Source: Nanoarchaeum equitans Kin4-M (GTDB lineage Archaea > Nanobdellota > Nanobdellia > Nanobdellales > Nanoarchaeaceae). From it: a stretch of 32,000 nt of DNA. Below are positions 1 to 8,962 of this stretch, one piece after another. The notes beneath the pieces are model-generated. The model saw nothing but the letters and a program-made list of their open reading frames with translations. It was not told the DNA's origin and ran no database searches. Within the stretch, counting starts at the first letter, position 1; each line of letters starts with the position of its first letter. The DNA is taken from NCBI GenBank assembly GCA_000008085.1, contig AE017199.1, positions 300,001 to 332,000 on the forward strand, in the 5' to 3' direction. The position numbers were made by a program, and so were the translations under genes.

Positions 1-1024
1 AAAGCCTCTCCGCTTCTTTTTTTAGTTCTTCAAACCTTTCATCTATTTCTTTCTTTAGTTTATCTCCTATGAAGTAATGGCCAAAAGCATCAACTTTTGC
101 AGCAATAGCAATTTTTGCGGCTAAAGTTCTTGCCATCCTACCTCTTAATTTTTTAGGCAATTTTTGAACATATGGATGGTTAAATAATACTCCATGTTTT
201 GGTGGGGGTGTGCCTTTAGTTAAATGCTTAAACAATGCCTTTTCCGCTCCTAATACTTGGATAGTTGATGCTGGTAAGTAAGCTAATTCTTTTAAACCGC
301 CAGCTAAAGCTAATAACCTCGCTCCAACTAATGGTCCAGCAATAGCTGTTACATTTGGGGCATACCTCTCCATCATTTGTTTTATGTAATTTTGTAATTG
401 CTTTCTAAATTCATACATATCTTTTATTCTTTGAGCGAAAGTCATTAATATTTGTTTGCTTTCCTCATCTATATTACCACCCATTGTTTTGTCTAAGCCC
501 AATTCTTTTAACCATTCTTCTCTCGGTTTCTCTAATACCGCTTTCACAAATTGCTCGTGGTCTTCAAATTTTTTACTTAATTCTGGGAAATATAATTCAT
601 ACCATTCTCTAAACCTTTCCATCATTAAGTTTAATATTTTATTAGTATCGTCCAAAGCTTTTATTGCTTGTATTATTAACCAGTCATGGCTAACACTTTC
701 ACTTAGCTCTCTTATTGTTACCTCGTATTGCACATCTCTAATATAAGAGAAATTATCATTTTCTCTCGCATAGAATAGAGCTTTATTTATTAGTTTTGTG
801 TTTAAATCTAAGGGCAAATCTAATCCCTTATAAGCCCTTCCTAATATTTTTAATTCATATTTGCTTTTAAGTTTGTCAATTTCTCCTTTTAGTGATTCTG
901 GTAATATTCCTTTTTTTAATTTGTATGCTTCTTCTTCACTAAATTCCATTGGCTTATATTCCAATAAAGTACCATCTTCATCTAAAACATATAGGCCATT
1001 CAAATGTATAAATAGGTAAGCCAT
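1..1024 (-). CDS. nop5: Nop5 (Nop56/58) C/D box sRNP core protein; 3' end runs off the window start
   Basis: Not in ORF track (edge-truncated). Own translation from ATG (revcomp of 1022-1024): MAYLFIHLNGLYVLDEDG... with NOP-domain strings AGPLVGARLLALAGGLKELAYLPASTIQVLGAEKALFKHL and GRMARTLAAKIAIAAKVDAFG. TATA-like TTATAAAT lies ~27 nt upstream. Confidence 0.9.
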   Translation of the reverse strand, partial: MAYLFIHLNGLYVLDEDGTLLEYKPMEFSEEEAYKLKKGILPESLKGEIDKLKSKYELKILGRAYKGLDLPLDLNTKLINKALFYARENDNFSYIRDVQYEVTIRELSESVSHDWLIIQAIKALDDTNKILNLMMERFREWYELYFPELSKKFEDHEQFVKAVLEKPREEWLKELGLDKTMGGNIDEESKQILMTFAQRIKDMYEFRKQLQNYIKQMMERYAPNVTAIAGPLVGARLLALAGGLKELAYLPASTIQVLGAEKALFKHLTKGTPPPKHGVLFNHPYVQKLPKKLRGRMARTLAAKIAIAAKVDAFGHYFIGDKLKKEIDERFEELKKEAERL

Positions 1025-1095
1025 TTAGCTTTGTTAGACCATTATTTATAACTTTATTGCCATTTGCTTTTTAAAGAGCTATTGCATAAAATAGA

Positions 1096-1506
1096 ATGAG
1101 AGACGACTGGTTTAGAAGGTTGTTAAGAGATATCTTTATGTTAGAAAGAGATCTATTAGAGAACTTTGATATGGGATTTGATTATGCAATTCCGGGAATG
1201 CAAATGAGAGAAACAGAAAGCTATTACATTATTACTATACCATTACCAGGAGTAAGGAAAGAAGACATTAATTTATATTTAGATGGGAACAATTTGGTTA
1301 TTGATGTCCACTCTAAGGCCAAAGAAGAGAGGAAAGAGAAAAACGAATATTTCGTTAATGTAGGAGAGATACATTTACATAGGGAGATACCATTGCCAGC
1401 GAATGCCGATCCTAATTCTATAGAAGCAGAGTATAGGAACGGTTTGTTAGTAATTAGAATAAAGAAAACCAACCAATTCAGAGGAAGAAGGATCCCTATA
1501 AAATAA
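1096..1506 (+). CDS. hsp20: small heat shock protein, Hsp20/alpha-crystallin family
   Basis: 136-aa ORF. Alpha-crystallin domain pattern YYIITIPLPGVRKEDINLYLDGNNLVID...IEAEYRNGLLVIRIKK. TTTTTAAA at 1068-1075 is 28 nt upstream of the ATG. Confidence 0.85.
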   Translation: MRDDWFRRLLRDIFMLERDLLENFDMGFDYAIPGMQMRETESYYIITIPLPGVRKEDINLYLDGNNLVIDVHSKAKEERKEKNEYFVNVGEIHLHREIPLPANADPNSIEAEYRNGLLVIRIKKTNQFRGRRIPIK

Positions 1507-2014
1507 ATCCTTTTGCTTTCAAATTAATTATTTTATATAACAAATCATAACAGCAACCCCTAGAACTTATATAGTTTCCATCGAAAAATAAATCTGTTTT
1601 TATTGTGTTTACTCCATGGTCTCTTAGATATTGTTCAAACTGAGGAAATTCTAAATAATCCCAAGTTGTTTTTTTGCCCTTAATTAGTTTTTGCTCTGCT
1701 AAAAATATTGGAGCGGTTCTAATAGCTACCACTGTGCCTTTAGTTAATAGATAGCCTATCAATTCTTTCAATTCTATTACGTTAAAGCTTTCATAATCAT
1801 AATAGCTTATTAATATAGCTATGTCGAATTGTTTATATGGGGACAAATCCTCAAATTTGTAATCGGGCATAATTTTAGTATTTTTTATTCCTGTTACACT
1901 ATACCCTTTCGGGGTTGCAACTTTTATATCGTAATTATCTTGGTCAAACCTTTTATATAACTCTAAAAAATCGTCATCATAAAAATGATCCGTTAATAGA
2001 AAAAGAACTCTCAT
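1496..2014 (-). CDS. DJ-1/PfpI family protein, catalytic Cys-His apparently lost
   Basis: 172 aa, colinear with PfpI-type proteases (MRVLFLLTDHFYDDDF...DGNYISSRG). The nucleophile elbow reads VVAIRTAP where PfpI has ICHGP. Confidence 0.7.
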   Translation of the reverse strand: MRVLFLLTDHFYDDDFLELYKRFDQDNYDIKVATPKGYSVTGIKNTKIMPDYKFEDLSPYKQFDIAILISYYDYESFNVIELKELIGYLLTKGTVVAIRTAPIFLAEQKLIKGKKTTWDYLEFPQFEQYLRDHGVNTIKTDLFFDGNYISSRGCCYDLLYKIINLKAKGFIL

Positions 2015-2043
2015 TAAAATGAATTAGAAATTAATTAAAAAAT

Positions 2044-3954
2044 TTAGAAGAATTGTTGGTCTTTTCTCATTTCGTTCATGTATTCTCTACTATAGTGAGC
2101 TCTGGTCCAGAATTCTTTCTTTCTATAGGGGTTCCAGTTCTTTAATGGTCTGTAATAACCTATTATTCTAGACCATATCTCTACATCTGTGCTACCACAG
2201 GATGGGCATTGTGTGTACAAACCAGTGTAGCTCTTTTTACAATGGTTACATACTGTTATTGCTGGAGTGAATGACCAATATACTATTTTGGTTTTTAGTA
2301 TTTTCTTGGTTAATGCCGCTAATGCATCTGGTTCTGGTTGTTCTCCTAAGAATATGTGCATCATTACACCTCCAGTAAATTCTGGTTGTACCATAGATTC
2401 TATTCTTATTCTGTCGGACAATTCTAATGCTCCATAATATGGAGCAACGCTTGTTGAGTATATTGGGTTTTCTGGATCGTTTAAATAATTCAATACTTCT
2501 GGGTATTTCTTAGCATCAGCTATTGCCAATTTAGCTGCAGCACTTTCGCCGGGTACTTCTTCAACATTCCATGGAGTGCCATCCATTTTCATCCATTCTC
2601 TAGCATACTTTACTGCAAATCTTACCATGTCTCTCATTAGTTTCGCTGCTTCTAACCAATCTTTCCTAGAACCTTCGAACCATAATTCTGGGTTATTCAT
2701 ATATATAGCTGCAGCTTCTGGTAGGCCTATTATACCTATTGTATTGAAGTGTGAGCTTGGGAAGTCCCATAGATAGGAATGGAAGAACTTGTACATCTCT
2801 TTGTGTGTTCTTATTAGTTTTACATATCTTTCTCTGAACCAGTCTTCTATTTCTTTTATGATTGTTAATTTCTCAGCATATAATTCCCAGAACTTGTCAT
2901 CGTCTTTAGCTTCTAATGCCAACCTTGGTAGGTTTATTGTTGTTACTTGTATAGACCCAGTAACATCTGGCATTGCCCATAGCCCACCGAATCTTTGTTT
3001 TTCTATCTCTTTTATTCTCTCATCTTCATCTTTCTTCTTAACGCTAAATGCGAACTTTAATTCGTTCTTATCTATGTTTATCCTACAACACATTGCGAAA
3101 GAAGCATTGGGATCGACAACATTTGTGTTTAACCAATAGAAGCTACCCCTCTTTGCTGCAGTTTTGAATATTGCTTCATATATTTCTGGATCGTTCCATA
3201 GCATTGGGGCAGAGGCCATTAATGTTGGTATTGGGTATGTAAATGGTTGTCCAATTGCGTCGCCCTCTCTTAATACTTCAGTTAATGCTAATAAGAATAG
3301 TTTTGCTTCTTTTTCGTATTCTCCTAATGGGGCAACCTTTTTACCATCATAATAAGCATAGTCCCCTTCTAATATAGAGGTTGCAGCGTCCATTGTTACT
3401 GTGAAGTTTGTGAATGGAGATTGCATTCCAATCCTAGATGGGTAGTTTAAGTTGAATACCATTCTTTGTATGTTTTGTTTTATTTGTTTGTAGTCTAACC
3501 TATCATTTCTAATGAATGGTCCAGCATACCATTCTACAGAGCTAAATGCTTGTGCCCCAGTAAAGTGTTGTTGTGCAATTATTAAGAAATTAGCTACATG
3601 GTCTACAAATGTATCGAAATGTTTAGCTGGTTTAGATATAACTGTTGGTGTAATCATACCTTTTTCTAATACTCTCGCTAAGGAATGTCCAGAACAATAT
3701 GGAACATATAATGCTAAAGGTAACTTATGTATATAAATGTCTTTGTTTAAGTGTGCTTTCAATGGTCTCTCTGGCATTATTGTTAAATGTTCTTCCATTG
3801 CCTTTTCTAATACATAAGCGAAGAAACCTGTTGGACCAGGGTATTGGTTAGCGTTTTCCAATACTTCTAGGGAATTCCTTTGTACATACTCTGTAAACAA
3901 ATCTTTGGGCTTTGCCTCTACATTTTCTGGTTTTTTAACTTCTATTGGGTTCAT
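2044..3954 (-). CDS. nrdD: anaerobic ribonucleoside-triphosphate reductase (class III RNR)
   Basis: 636 aa. Has the CCRINID active-site loop, the C-terminal Zn ribbon CNHCKKSYTGLYTQCPSCGS and the glycyl-radical motif SRIIGYYRP. Confidence 0.92.
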   Translation of the reverse strand: MNPIEVKKPENVEAKPKDLFTEYVQRNSLEVLENANQYPGPTGFFAYVLEKAMEEHLTIMPERPLKAHLNKDIYIHKLPLALYVPYCSGHSLARVLEKGMITPTVISKPAKHFDTFVDHVANFLIIAQQHFTGAQAFSSVEWYAGPFIRNDRLDYKQIKQNIQRMVFNLNYPSRIGMQSPFTNFTVTMDAATSILEGDYAYYDGKKVAPLGEYEKEAKLFLLALTEVLREGDAIGQPFTYPIPTLMASAPMLWNDPEIYEAIFKTAAKRGSFYWLNTNVVDPNASFAMCCRINIDKNELKFAFSVKKKDEDERIKEIEKQRFGGLWAMPDVTGSIQVTTINLPRLALEAKDDDKFWELYAEKLTIIKEIEDWFRERYVKLIRTHKEMYKFFHSYLWDFPSSHFNTIGIIGLPEAAAIYMNNPELWFEGSRKDWLEAAKLMRDMVRFAVKYAREWMKMDGTPWNVEEVPGESAAAKLAIADAKKYPEVLNYLNDPENPIYSTSVAPYYGALELSDRIRIESMVQPEFTGGVMMHIFLGEQPEPDALAALTKKILKTKIVYWSFTPAITVCNHCKKSYTGLYTQCPSCGSTDVEIWSRIIGYYRPLKNWNPYRKKEFWTRAHYSREYMNEMRKDQQFF

Positions 3955-4030
3955 AGAGATATAGGATGTTATTTTTTAAGTTAGGAGAAACAGGCTTTTC
4001 TTTAAACAATAACGAAGAATTACAATGGTA

Positions 4031-4038
4031 TTTTTAAA
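4031..4038 (+). promoter_or_regulatory. TATA box of tRNA-Leu
   Basis: TTTTTAAA starts 28 nt upstream of tRNA nt 1. Same box and spacing as the other RNA genes in the window. Confidence 0.6.
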
Positions 4039-4058
4039 TGGTGTGTTATATATGCACT

Positions 4059-4142
4059 GCGGCCGTGCCCGAGCGGTCGAAGGGGTCGGGCTCAAGACCC
4101 GATGGGTTAGTCCCGTCCGGGGTTCGAATCCCCGCGGCCGCA
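4059..4142 (+). tRNA. tRNA-Leu(CAA), no encoded CCA
   Basis: Hand-folded. Acceptor GCGGCCG/CGGCCGC, anticodon stem UCGGG/CCCGA, loop CUCAAGA, long variable arm UGGGUUAGUCCCGUC, T arm CGGGG-UUCGAAU-CCCCG, discriminator A. Confidence 0.95.
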
Positions 4143-5006
4143 TTTGGTAATTTTATCTGCCACTTCTATAGGCAATAAATATTTTTTAGAATTCCATTCC
4201 TTTATAAACTCTTTCAGAAACTCTAAATTTGTTCTATTTCCAATAGTTACATAATGCCCAACAAAATAACCGACTGGCATATTATGGGCATAAATTATAT
4301 TGTTCTTTATTTTCCCATATAGCAATTTTTTAGCATCTCCAATTGTGGGCAAATCTAAGACGGTTCCAACAAAAGTTGCTAAGCCCATTTTTCTAGGATG
4401 GGAAAGGCCATGTCCATTAATTATATATAAGGCAGTGTAGTCTAAATCTTTTAGTATATTTACAATAGGGATTCCTTCCCGGAAAGATAGATATGTTGGT
4501 ATATAAGGAAACTCTATATTATGTTTGCAGGTTTTGGTTTCTATTAGCTTTTTGTTTTTGTCAAATATGGCTAAGGCTATAATATTATTTTTGTACCCAA
4601 TGTCTATTCCAATAACATAATCATATTCGGGATAATCAAATTTTATTTTGTTTACCAAATATTCCTGTATTTTTTGCAATTCTAATAAAGGTTTGCTCGA
4701 TTTGAAATCCTTAAATATTGGGGCATAAACTTTGTTTCCTATTATTTTAACTTCTTTCTCTAACAAAGCTTTTTGCATAGGGCTTACTATTAAATTAGAG
4801 CTTACAACCCTATACCAATGAGGAGCTTTTTTATAATACATTGCTACAAACTTTGTTGCTATTGGGTCTCCTAAAGCTTTGGCCAATTCTTTAAATGTGG
4901 TAACATAGCCCTTGGGTATTTGCTCTATTAAGTTTATTAGTTCGTTTATTAATCGTTTGCCAAACTTGTTCCAATAATTTATATCTAATAATTTAGAAGA
5001 AAGCAA
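4107..5006 (-). CDS. nfi: fusion of an alkyltransferase-like (MGMT DNA-binding) domain and endonuclease V
   Basis: N-terminus PKGYVTTFKELAKALGDPIATKFV...APHWYRVV matches the AGT DNA-binding domain with the PCHR cysteine missing. C-terminus has EndoV motifs YVIGIDIGY, YIPTYLSFREG, INGHGLSHPRKMGLATFVG and PTIGDAKK. The last 36 nt overlap tRNA-Leu antisense. Confidence 0.85.
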   Translation of the reverse strand: MLSSKLLDINYWNKFGKRLINELINLIEQIPKGYVTTFKELAKALGDPIATKFVAMYYKKAPHWYRVVSSNLIVSPMQKALLEKEVKIIGNKVYAPIFKDFKSSKPLLELQKIQEYLVNKIKFDYPEYDYVIGIDIGYKNNIIALAIFDKNKKLIETKTCKHNIEFPYIPTYLSFREGIPIVNILKDLDYTALYIINGHGLSHPRKMGLATFVGTVLDLPTIGDAKKLLYGKIKNNIIYAHNMPVGYFVGHYVTIGNRTNLEFLKEFIKEWNSKKYLLPIEVADKITKCGRGDSNPGRD

Positions 5007-5229
5007 GTAGTCTTTTGTCTGGCAATTTATCTTTGTCTTTCTCTGGATCTAATTCGTATACCCTTTCTATATGGATTTGGGTTTTCTTTAGTTTATGGTT
5101 ACTCCCTAAAATTGAGTAAGTATAGAATATAGCATCTTCTTTCTTTAATGCTATGAAATACTTCTTAAATCTAAATTTTAGAGAGCCTTTCTTTGCATAA
5201 CCCTCAACAACAAAAACTTTCTTTTCCAT
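4993..5229 (-). CDS. rplX: ribosomal protein LX (eL20/L18Ae family)
   Basis: 78 aa. KFRFKKYFIALKKEDAIFYTYSILGSNHKLKKTQIHIERV matches the archaeal LX pattern (YS.lGS.Hk.kr..i.I). Confidence 0.75.
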   Translation of the reverse strand: MEKKVFVVEGYAKKGSLKFRFKKYFIALKKEDAIFYTYSILGSNHKLKKTQIHIERVYELDPEKDKDKLPDKRLLAFF

Positions 5230-5258
5230 GAGAGATTATTTTTATGGGAATTAAAAAT

Positions 5259-6059
5259 TTATACAAAAATTATTGATGCATACCCTACAACTAACGAATA
5301 ATCCCCAGTAACATCACCACTTGTATAATAATCTAATAGTATTGGTTCCAAACCCCTTTCTTTAGCAAACTCTATTACAGAAACTATGGGTCCCCAACCG
5401 CATACGGTAGCGCCAGTCCTTACAATTTCTTTATAAAATCCTAGGCTATCTAATTTTAGTATATAGCTTATTAGCTTCATATCTAATTCTTTAACTTTTC
5501 TTCCATCGCTAAAGGGTTTATATCCATATATGTCACCATAATGAGTAAAATCGCTCGAAGCCACTAATCTAACCCTTTCTGGCAATTCCAATGCTAATTG
5601 TTTACCAACTTCTTTTGCAAATCTATATACATTAAACATAACCGATGGCACTATTAAGAAATTATCTCCATGCAAATATTGTAAAAATGGGATTTGGTTT
5701 TCTACACTATGCTCGTATAAAAATGGCCTATCATCATAATCGAAGCCATTTTTCATAAATATCATCGCTGCCTCTTCATCTATTTTGGCTATGCCTAATG
5801 GGGTTTCTATAGGCATTAAAGATACATTAGCCAAGCTCCCTAAACCTGTATGGTTTGTTCCTATTATTGCATAGGTTTTATTTCTATCGCTATTAATCCA
5901 GAATTCTGCCATGGCTTTACCGGAATATATATAGCCTGCATGAGGAACTATGCCTGCTTTTAATGAATACTCTTTTTTTAGTCCTTTAAATAATTCGTTT
6001 AGCAAAGCTATTAGTTGTTCCCTATTGGATGGATAAAACTTACCAGCTGCGAATCCCAT
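5259..6059 (-). CDS. MEMO1-family protein (AmmeMemoRadiSam system protein B, UPF0103)
   Basis: 266 aa. MGFAAGKFYPSN start, GIVPHAGYIYSG and GTNHTG metal-site motifs. Confidence 0.85.
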   Translation of the reverse strand: MGFAAGKFYPSNREQLIALLNELFKGLKKEYSLKAGIVPHAGYIYSGKAMAEFWINSDRNKTYAIIGTNHTGLGSLANVSLMPIETPLGIAKIDEEAAMIFMKNGFDYDDRPFLYEHSVENQIPFLQYLHGDNFLIVPSVMFNVYRFAKEVGKQLALELPERVRLVASSDFTHYGDIYGYKPFSDGRKVKELDMKLISYILKLDSLGFYKEIVRTGATVCGWGPIVSVIEFAKERGLEPILLDYYTSGDVTGDYSLVVGYASIIFV

Positions 6060-6081
6060 TAAATAATTTATATGTAAGAAT

Positions 6082-6309
6082 TTATAAACCCCTTAGCTCT
6101 TCTAAAGCTAATCTAACGTCTTGTTCTTTAACTGTTACTCTTTTTGCGTGTTTTGCTAATTCTGCAGCTCTCCTTGCTACTCTCTTAGCAATCTCTACGG
6201 CAACTTCTACAAAAGCTTCTTTAGCATCCTTTGTTACTCTCTTTGCACCTGCTTGTCTCATTATCCTATACAATGGCGCGACTGGGAATGGGTATTTTCT
6301 TTTCGCCAT
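6082..6309 (-). CDS. archaeal histone (HMf family) with short basic N-terminal extension
   Basis: 75 aa. The histone fold aligns to HMfB (PVAPLYRIMRQAGAKRVTKDAKEAF...AKHAKRVTVKEQDVRLA). Confidence 0.9.
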   Translation of the reverse strand: MAKRKYPFPVAPLYRIMRQAGAKRVTKDAKEAFVEVAVEIAKRVARRAAELAKHAKRVTVKEQDVRLALEELRGL

Positions 6310-6334
6310 ACAATATTTTATTTTAGCTCATTAT

Positions 6335-8137
6335 TTAAAGCTTTTTGTCTGGTTTCGCCCCAACCAAATTAAGAGCTTCGTCTATGGTCGATACCCCATA
6401 TATATTAATATTATTGAAATACTCTTTTGGTACATCCTTTAGGTTTTGTTTAGGAATAATGATATTCTTAAAACCTTCTTCGATGGCCCCTTCTATTTTA
6501 GGTATTATTCCCCCCACGGGTAATACCCTACCTTTAACATCTATACTGCCTGTAATTACAAAGGATTGATCTAATGGGGTTTTAGTTAAAGCACTTATGG
6601 TTGCTAAAGCGATAGCCAAAGAAGCAGAGTCCCCTTCTATTTCTTCGTAAGTTTGTACAAATTGCACATAAATGTCATACTCTTTTATGTCCTTACCAAA
6701 GACGCTTTTTACATAGCCTTCGATAGTTTTTATTGCTTGTTCTGCTATTTTTCCTAAAATACCAGAAGTTATTATTTTGCCATTTCCATAGGCAACATTA
6801 ACATCTATTGGTATTATTACCCCTTTGTTTCCAATAACGCCTATGCCATTGGCTCTACCAATTTCGTATCCTTCTTTTATTACTATGTCATACCTTCTCC
6901 TAAGTTCTTTAATTCTTTCCACGATTTGTTCCTCTATAGATTGGCCTATCCTTTCCGCTTCTATAACATCTTCCTTAGTTACATATTTTTTACCTTTGCT
7001 TTTTGCTATATCTCCTGCCAACCTAACATAGCCCCCCAATTCTCTAAGCCTTAATGTTAGATATCCTTCTCTTCCCGCTAATTTTTTGGCTATATTTATT
7101 ATTTCTTCTACAGCATCCCTAGTAAAATGTGGTATTTTGCCATCCCTCATTATTTCTTGTGCCACAAACCTAGCGAGTTTTTCCCTATTCTCTGGGGTAT
7201 CTGGCATGTCTTCATTCATATAAACTTCGAAACCATTCCCTTTGATACGGGATCTTAAAGCTGGGTGCATATTTTTTATAGCTTCCTCTGTACCTGCTGC
7301 TACCAAAATAAAATCACATGGTGCAGGAGTGGTTCTTACTATTGAGCCCCCACTTCTTTCATCTCTCCCAAATATAGGATATTTTTTCTCTTGCATCGCT
7401 ACTAATAATTCGTATTGAACATCCCATGGGAGAGTAGCTATTTCATCAATAAACAAAACTCCTTTATGTGCTTTATGTATTAAACCTGGTACAACTCTAT
7501 GGTGGGCAGGGGTTTCTAAACCCCCGCTTTGGAATGGGTCATGTAAAACATTACCGAATAGTTGAGATGGATTTGCCCCGGTTGCATCAACGAATGGCGC
7601 ATGTTTTTTGTCAGAATTATCTATTAATAGTTTGGGTATACTTTCCAATAATTTTCTCTTATTCATTACATTAAATCCTAATGATAAGCCTACTAACAAA
7701 ATAGAAGACATTATCATCGATGCCGCAGCAAGAATTTTTTCGCCAGTATAGTAAAAATAGAAAGGCATTAACAATGCTATTAAAGCGATTATTGCTGTTA
7801 ATTGATTTTTCCCCTTTAGGGCATTTAAAGCAGCAATTTTACTTCTTTCAACGATTTTTTTACCTTCCCCTGCTGGGACAGTTTTAATTATTGGTTGAAA
7901 CTCATCTTTCGGATTAGGAAAAGCTAAGAAATCCTCTAAACCCTCTTTAGGTAAAAGCTCTGCCATTGCTTTAGCTAGCATAGATTTACCTGTACCAGGA
8001 GGGCCGATTAGAAGCAAATGTCTTCTATTTTGGATAGCCATCTTAGCTAATTTGACAGCTTTATCTTGGCCAATAATTTGGTCTATCAATTTTTTTGGAA
8101 CTTTTATTTCTTCAGTAGTTTTAAAATCCATTGGCAT
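6335..8137 (-). CDS. lonB: archaeal membrane-bound Lon protease (LonB)
   Basis: 600 aa. Walker A GPPGTGKSMLAKA, a hydrophobic insertion (LTAIIALIALLMPFYFYY...) inside the AAA+ module, and protease Ser motif GDSASLAIALATISA with downstream K. Confidence 0.93.
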   Translation of the reverse strand: MPMDFKTTEEIKVPKKLIDQIIGQDKAVKLAKMAIQNRRHLLLIGPPGTGKSMLAKAMAELLPKEGLEDFLAFPNPKDEFQPIIKTVPAGEGKKIVERSKIAALNALKGKNQLTAIIALIALLMPFYFYYTGEKILAAASMIMSSILLVGLSLGFNVMNKRKLLESIPKLLIDNSDKKHAPFVDATGANPSQLFGNVLHDPFQSGGLETPAHHRVVPGLIHKAHKGVLFIDEIATLPWDVQYELLVAMQEKKYPIFGRDERSGGSIVRTTPAPCDFILVAAGTEEAIKNMHPALRSRIKGNGFEVYMNEDMPDTPENREKLARFVAQEIMRDGKIPHFTRDAVEEIINIAKKLAGREGYLTLRLRELGGYVRLAGDIAKSKGKKYVTKEDVIEAERIGQSIEEQIVERIKELRRRYDIVIKEGYEIGRANGIGVIGNKGVIIPIDVNVAYGNGKIITSGILGKIAEQAIKTIEGYVKSVFGKDIKEYDIYVQFVQTYEEIEGDSASLAIALATISALTKTPLDQSFVITGSIDVKGRVLPVGGIIPKIEGAIEEGFKNIIIPKQNLKDVPKEYFNNINIYGVSTIDEALNLVGAKPDKKL

Positions 8138-8162
8138 AAAAGGGCTAAAATAATTAAATATT

Positions 8163-8483
8163 TTATAGACCTAGCTTTTTTCTAACCTCTGGGTTTACTC
8201 TATCTATAGACCATGGCTTATCAGATATTTCAAATTCGACGTCTAATCCAAATTTTTCTTTTATTTTTGTTTGTATTTCATCAAACATGTATGGTAAATA
8301 AGGACATAAAGGAGTAGTAGGTATGAATTTTATTAGGATTCTGTCGTTTTCTATTATTACATCGTCTATTTCTCCCAAAGAAACAACATCGTAACCGATT
8401 TCTGGATCTATCACTGTTTTTAGCACTTCGTATATTTCTTCTTTAGTAGGTTTCTTTGAATCCTTTGAATCCATAGATAACAA
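8163..8483 (-). CDS. DUF59/MIP18 (SufT-like) Fe-S assembly family protein
   Basis: 106 aa. Has the DUF59 signature EVLKTVIDPEIGYDVVSLGEI and a conserved Cys (TPLCPY). Confidence 0.75.
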   Translation of the reverse strand: MLSMDSKDSKKPTKEEIYEVLKTVIDPEIGYDVVSLGEIDDVIIENDRILIKFIPTTPLCPYLPYMFDEIQTKIKEKFGLDVEFEISDKPWSIDRVNPEVRKKLGL

Positions 8484-8506
8484 CGTTATACTAATAGCAT
8501 TAAAAA

Positions 8507-8514
8507 TTTTAAAT
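8507..8514 (+). promoter_or_regulatory. TATA box of tRNA-Ser
   Basis: TTTTAAAT starts 27 nt upstream of tRNA nt 1. Confidence 0.55.
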
Positions 8515-8533
8515 AATCCATTAATAGGGTTTT

Positions 8534-8618
8534 GCCGCCGTGCCCGAGCGGACCAAGGGGTTCGGCTTGAGACCGAATCCCCGATAAGGGGGCGGGGGTT
8601 CGAATCCCCCCGGCGGCG
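8534..8618 (+). tRNA. tRNA-Ser(UGA)
   Basis: Hand-folded. Acceptor GCCGCCG/CGGCGGC, anticodon stem UUCGG/CCGAA, loop CUUGAGA, long variable arm UCCCCGAUAAGGGGGC, T arm GGGGG-UUCGAAU-CCCCC, discriminator G. Confidence 0.95.
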
Positions 8619-8652
8619 GCCATATATAAAGCTATCGAAAATATAACACCAT

Positions 8653-8931
8653 ATGCGTTGTATAAAGATTAAGAGATATCTACCTGCGATTAGAAAAATG
8701 GTAGCAATATATTTATATCAAATGGGTTTAACTCAAAATGAGATAGCTTATTTGTTAGAAACGACACAACCTGCTGTATCTAATTATATTAGAGGAAAAA
8801 GAGGCCAAATACAATATAAAGATTTAGAAGAAAAATCAGAGATAATCAAAGAGATGGCCGAAAGGATGGCTAAAGAGAATAAAAAATTAAACGAGATATT
8901 ATGTGAATATTGTCCGAAACTTGTTGGTTAA
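8653..8931 (+). CDS. small HTH transcriptional regulator (COG2522-like)
   Basis: 92 aa. HTH string GLTQNEIAYLLETTQPAVSNYIRGKRG, with terminal Cys pair CEYCP. Confidence 0.6.
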   Translation: MRCIKIKRYLPAIRKMVAIYLYQMGLTQNEIAYLLETTQPAVSNYIRGKRGQIQYKDLEEKSEIIKEMAERMAKENKKLNEILCEYCPKLVG

Positions 8932-8934
8932 AAA

Positions 8935-8942
8935 TTTTTAAA
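8935..8942 (+). promoter_or_regulatory. TATA box of the orphan tRNA 5' fragment
   Basis: TTTTTAAA starts exactly 28 nt upstream of the fragment's nt 1. Confidence 0.55.
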
Positions 8943-8962
8943 CCCTTTTATTATTGAATCTC

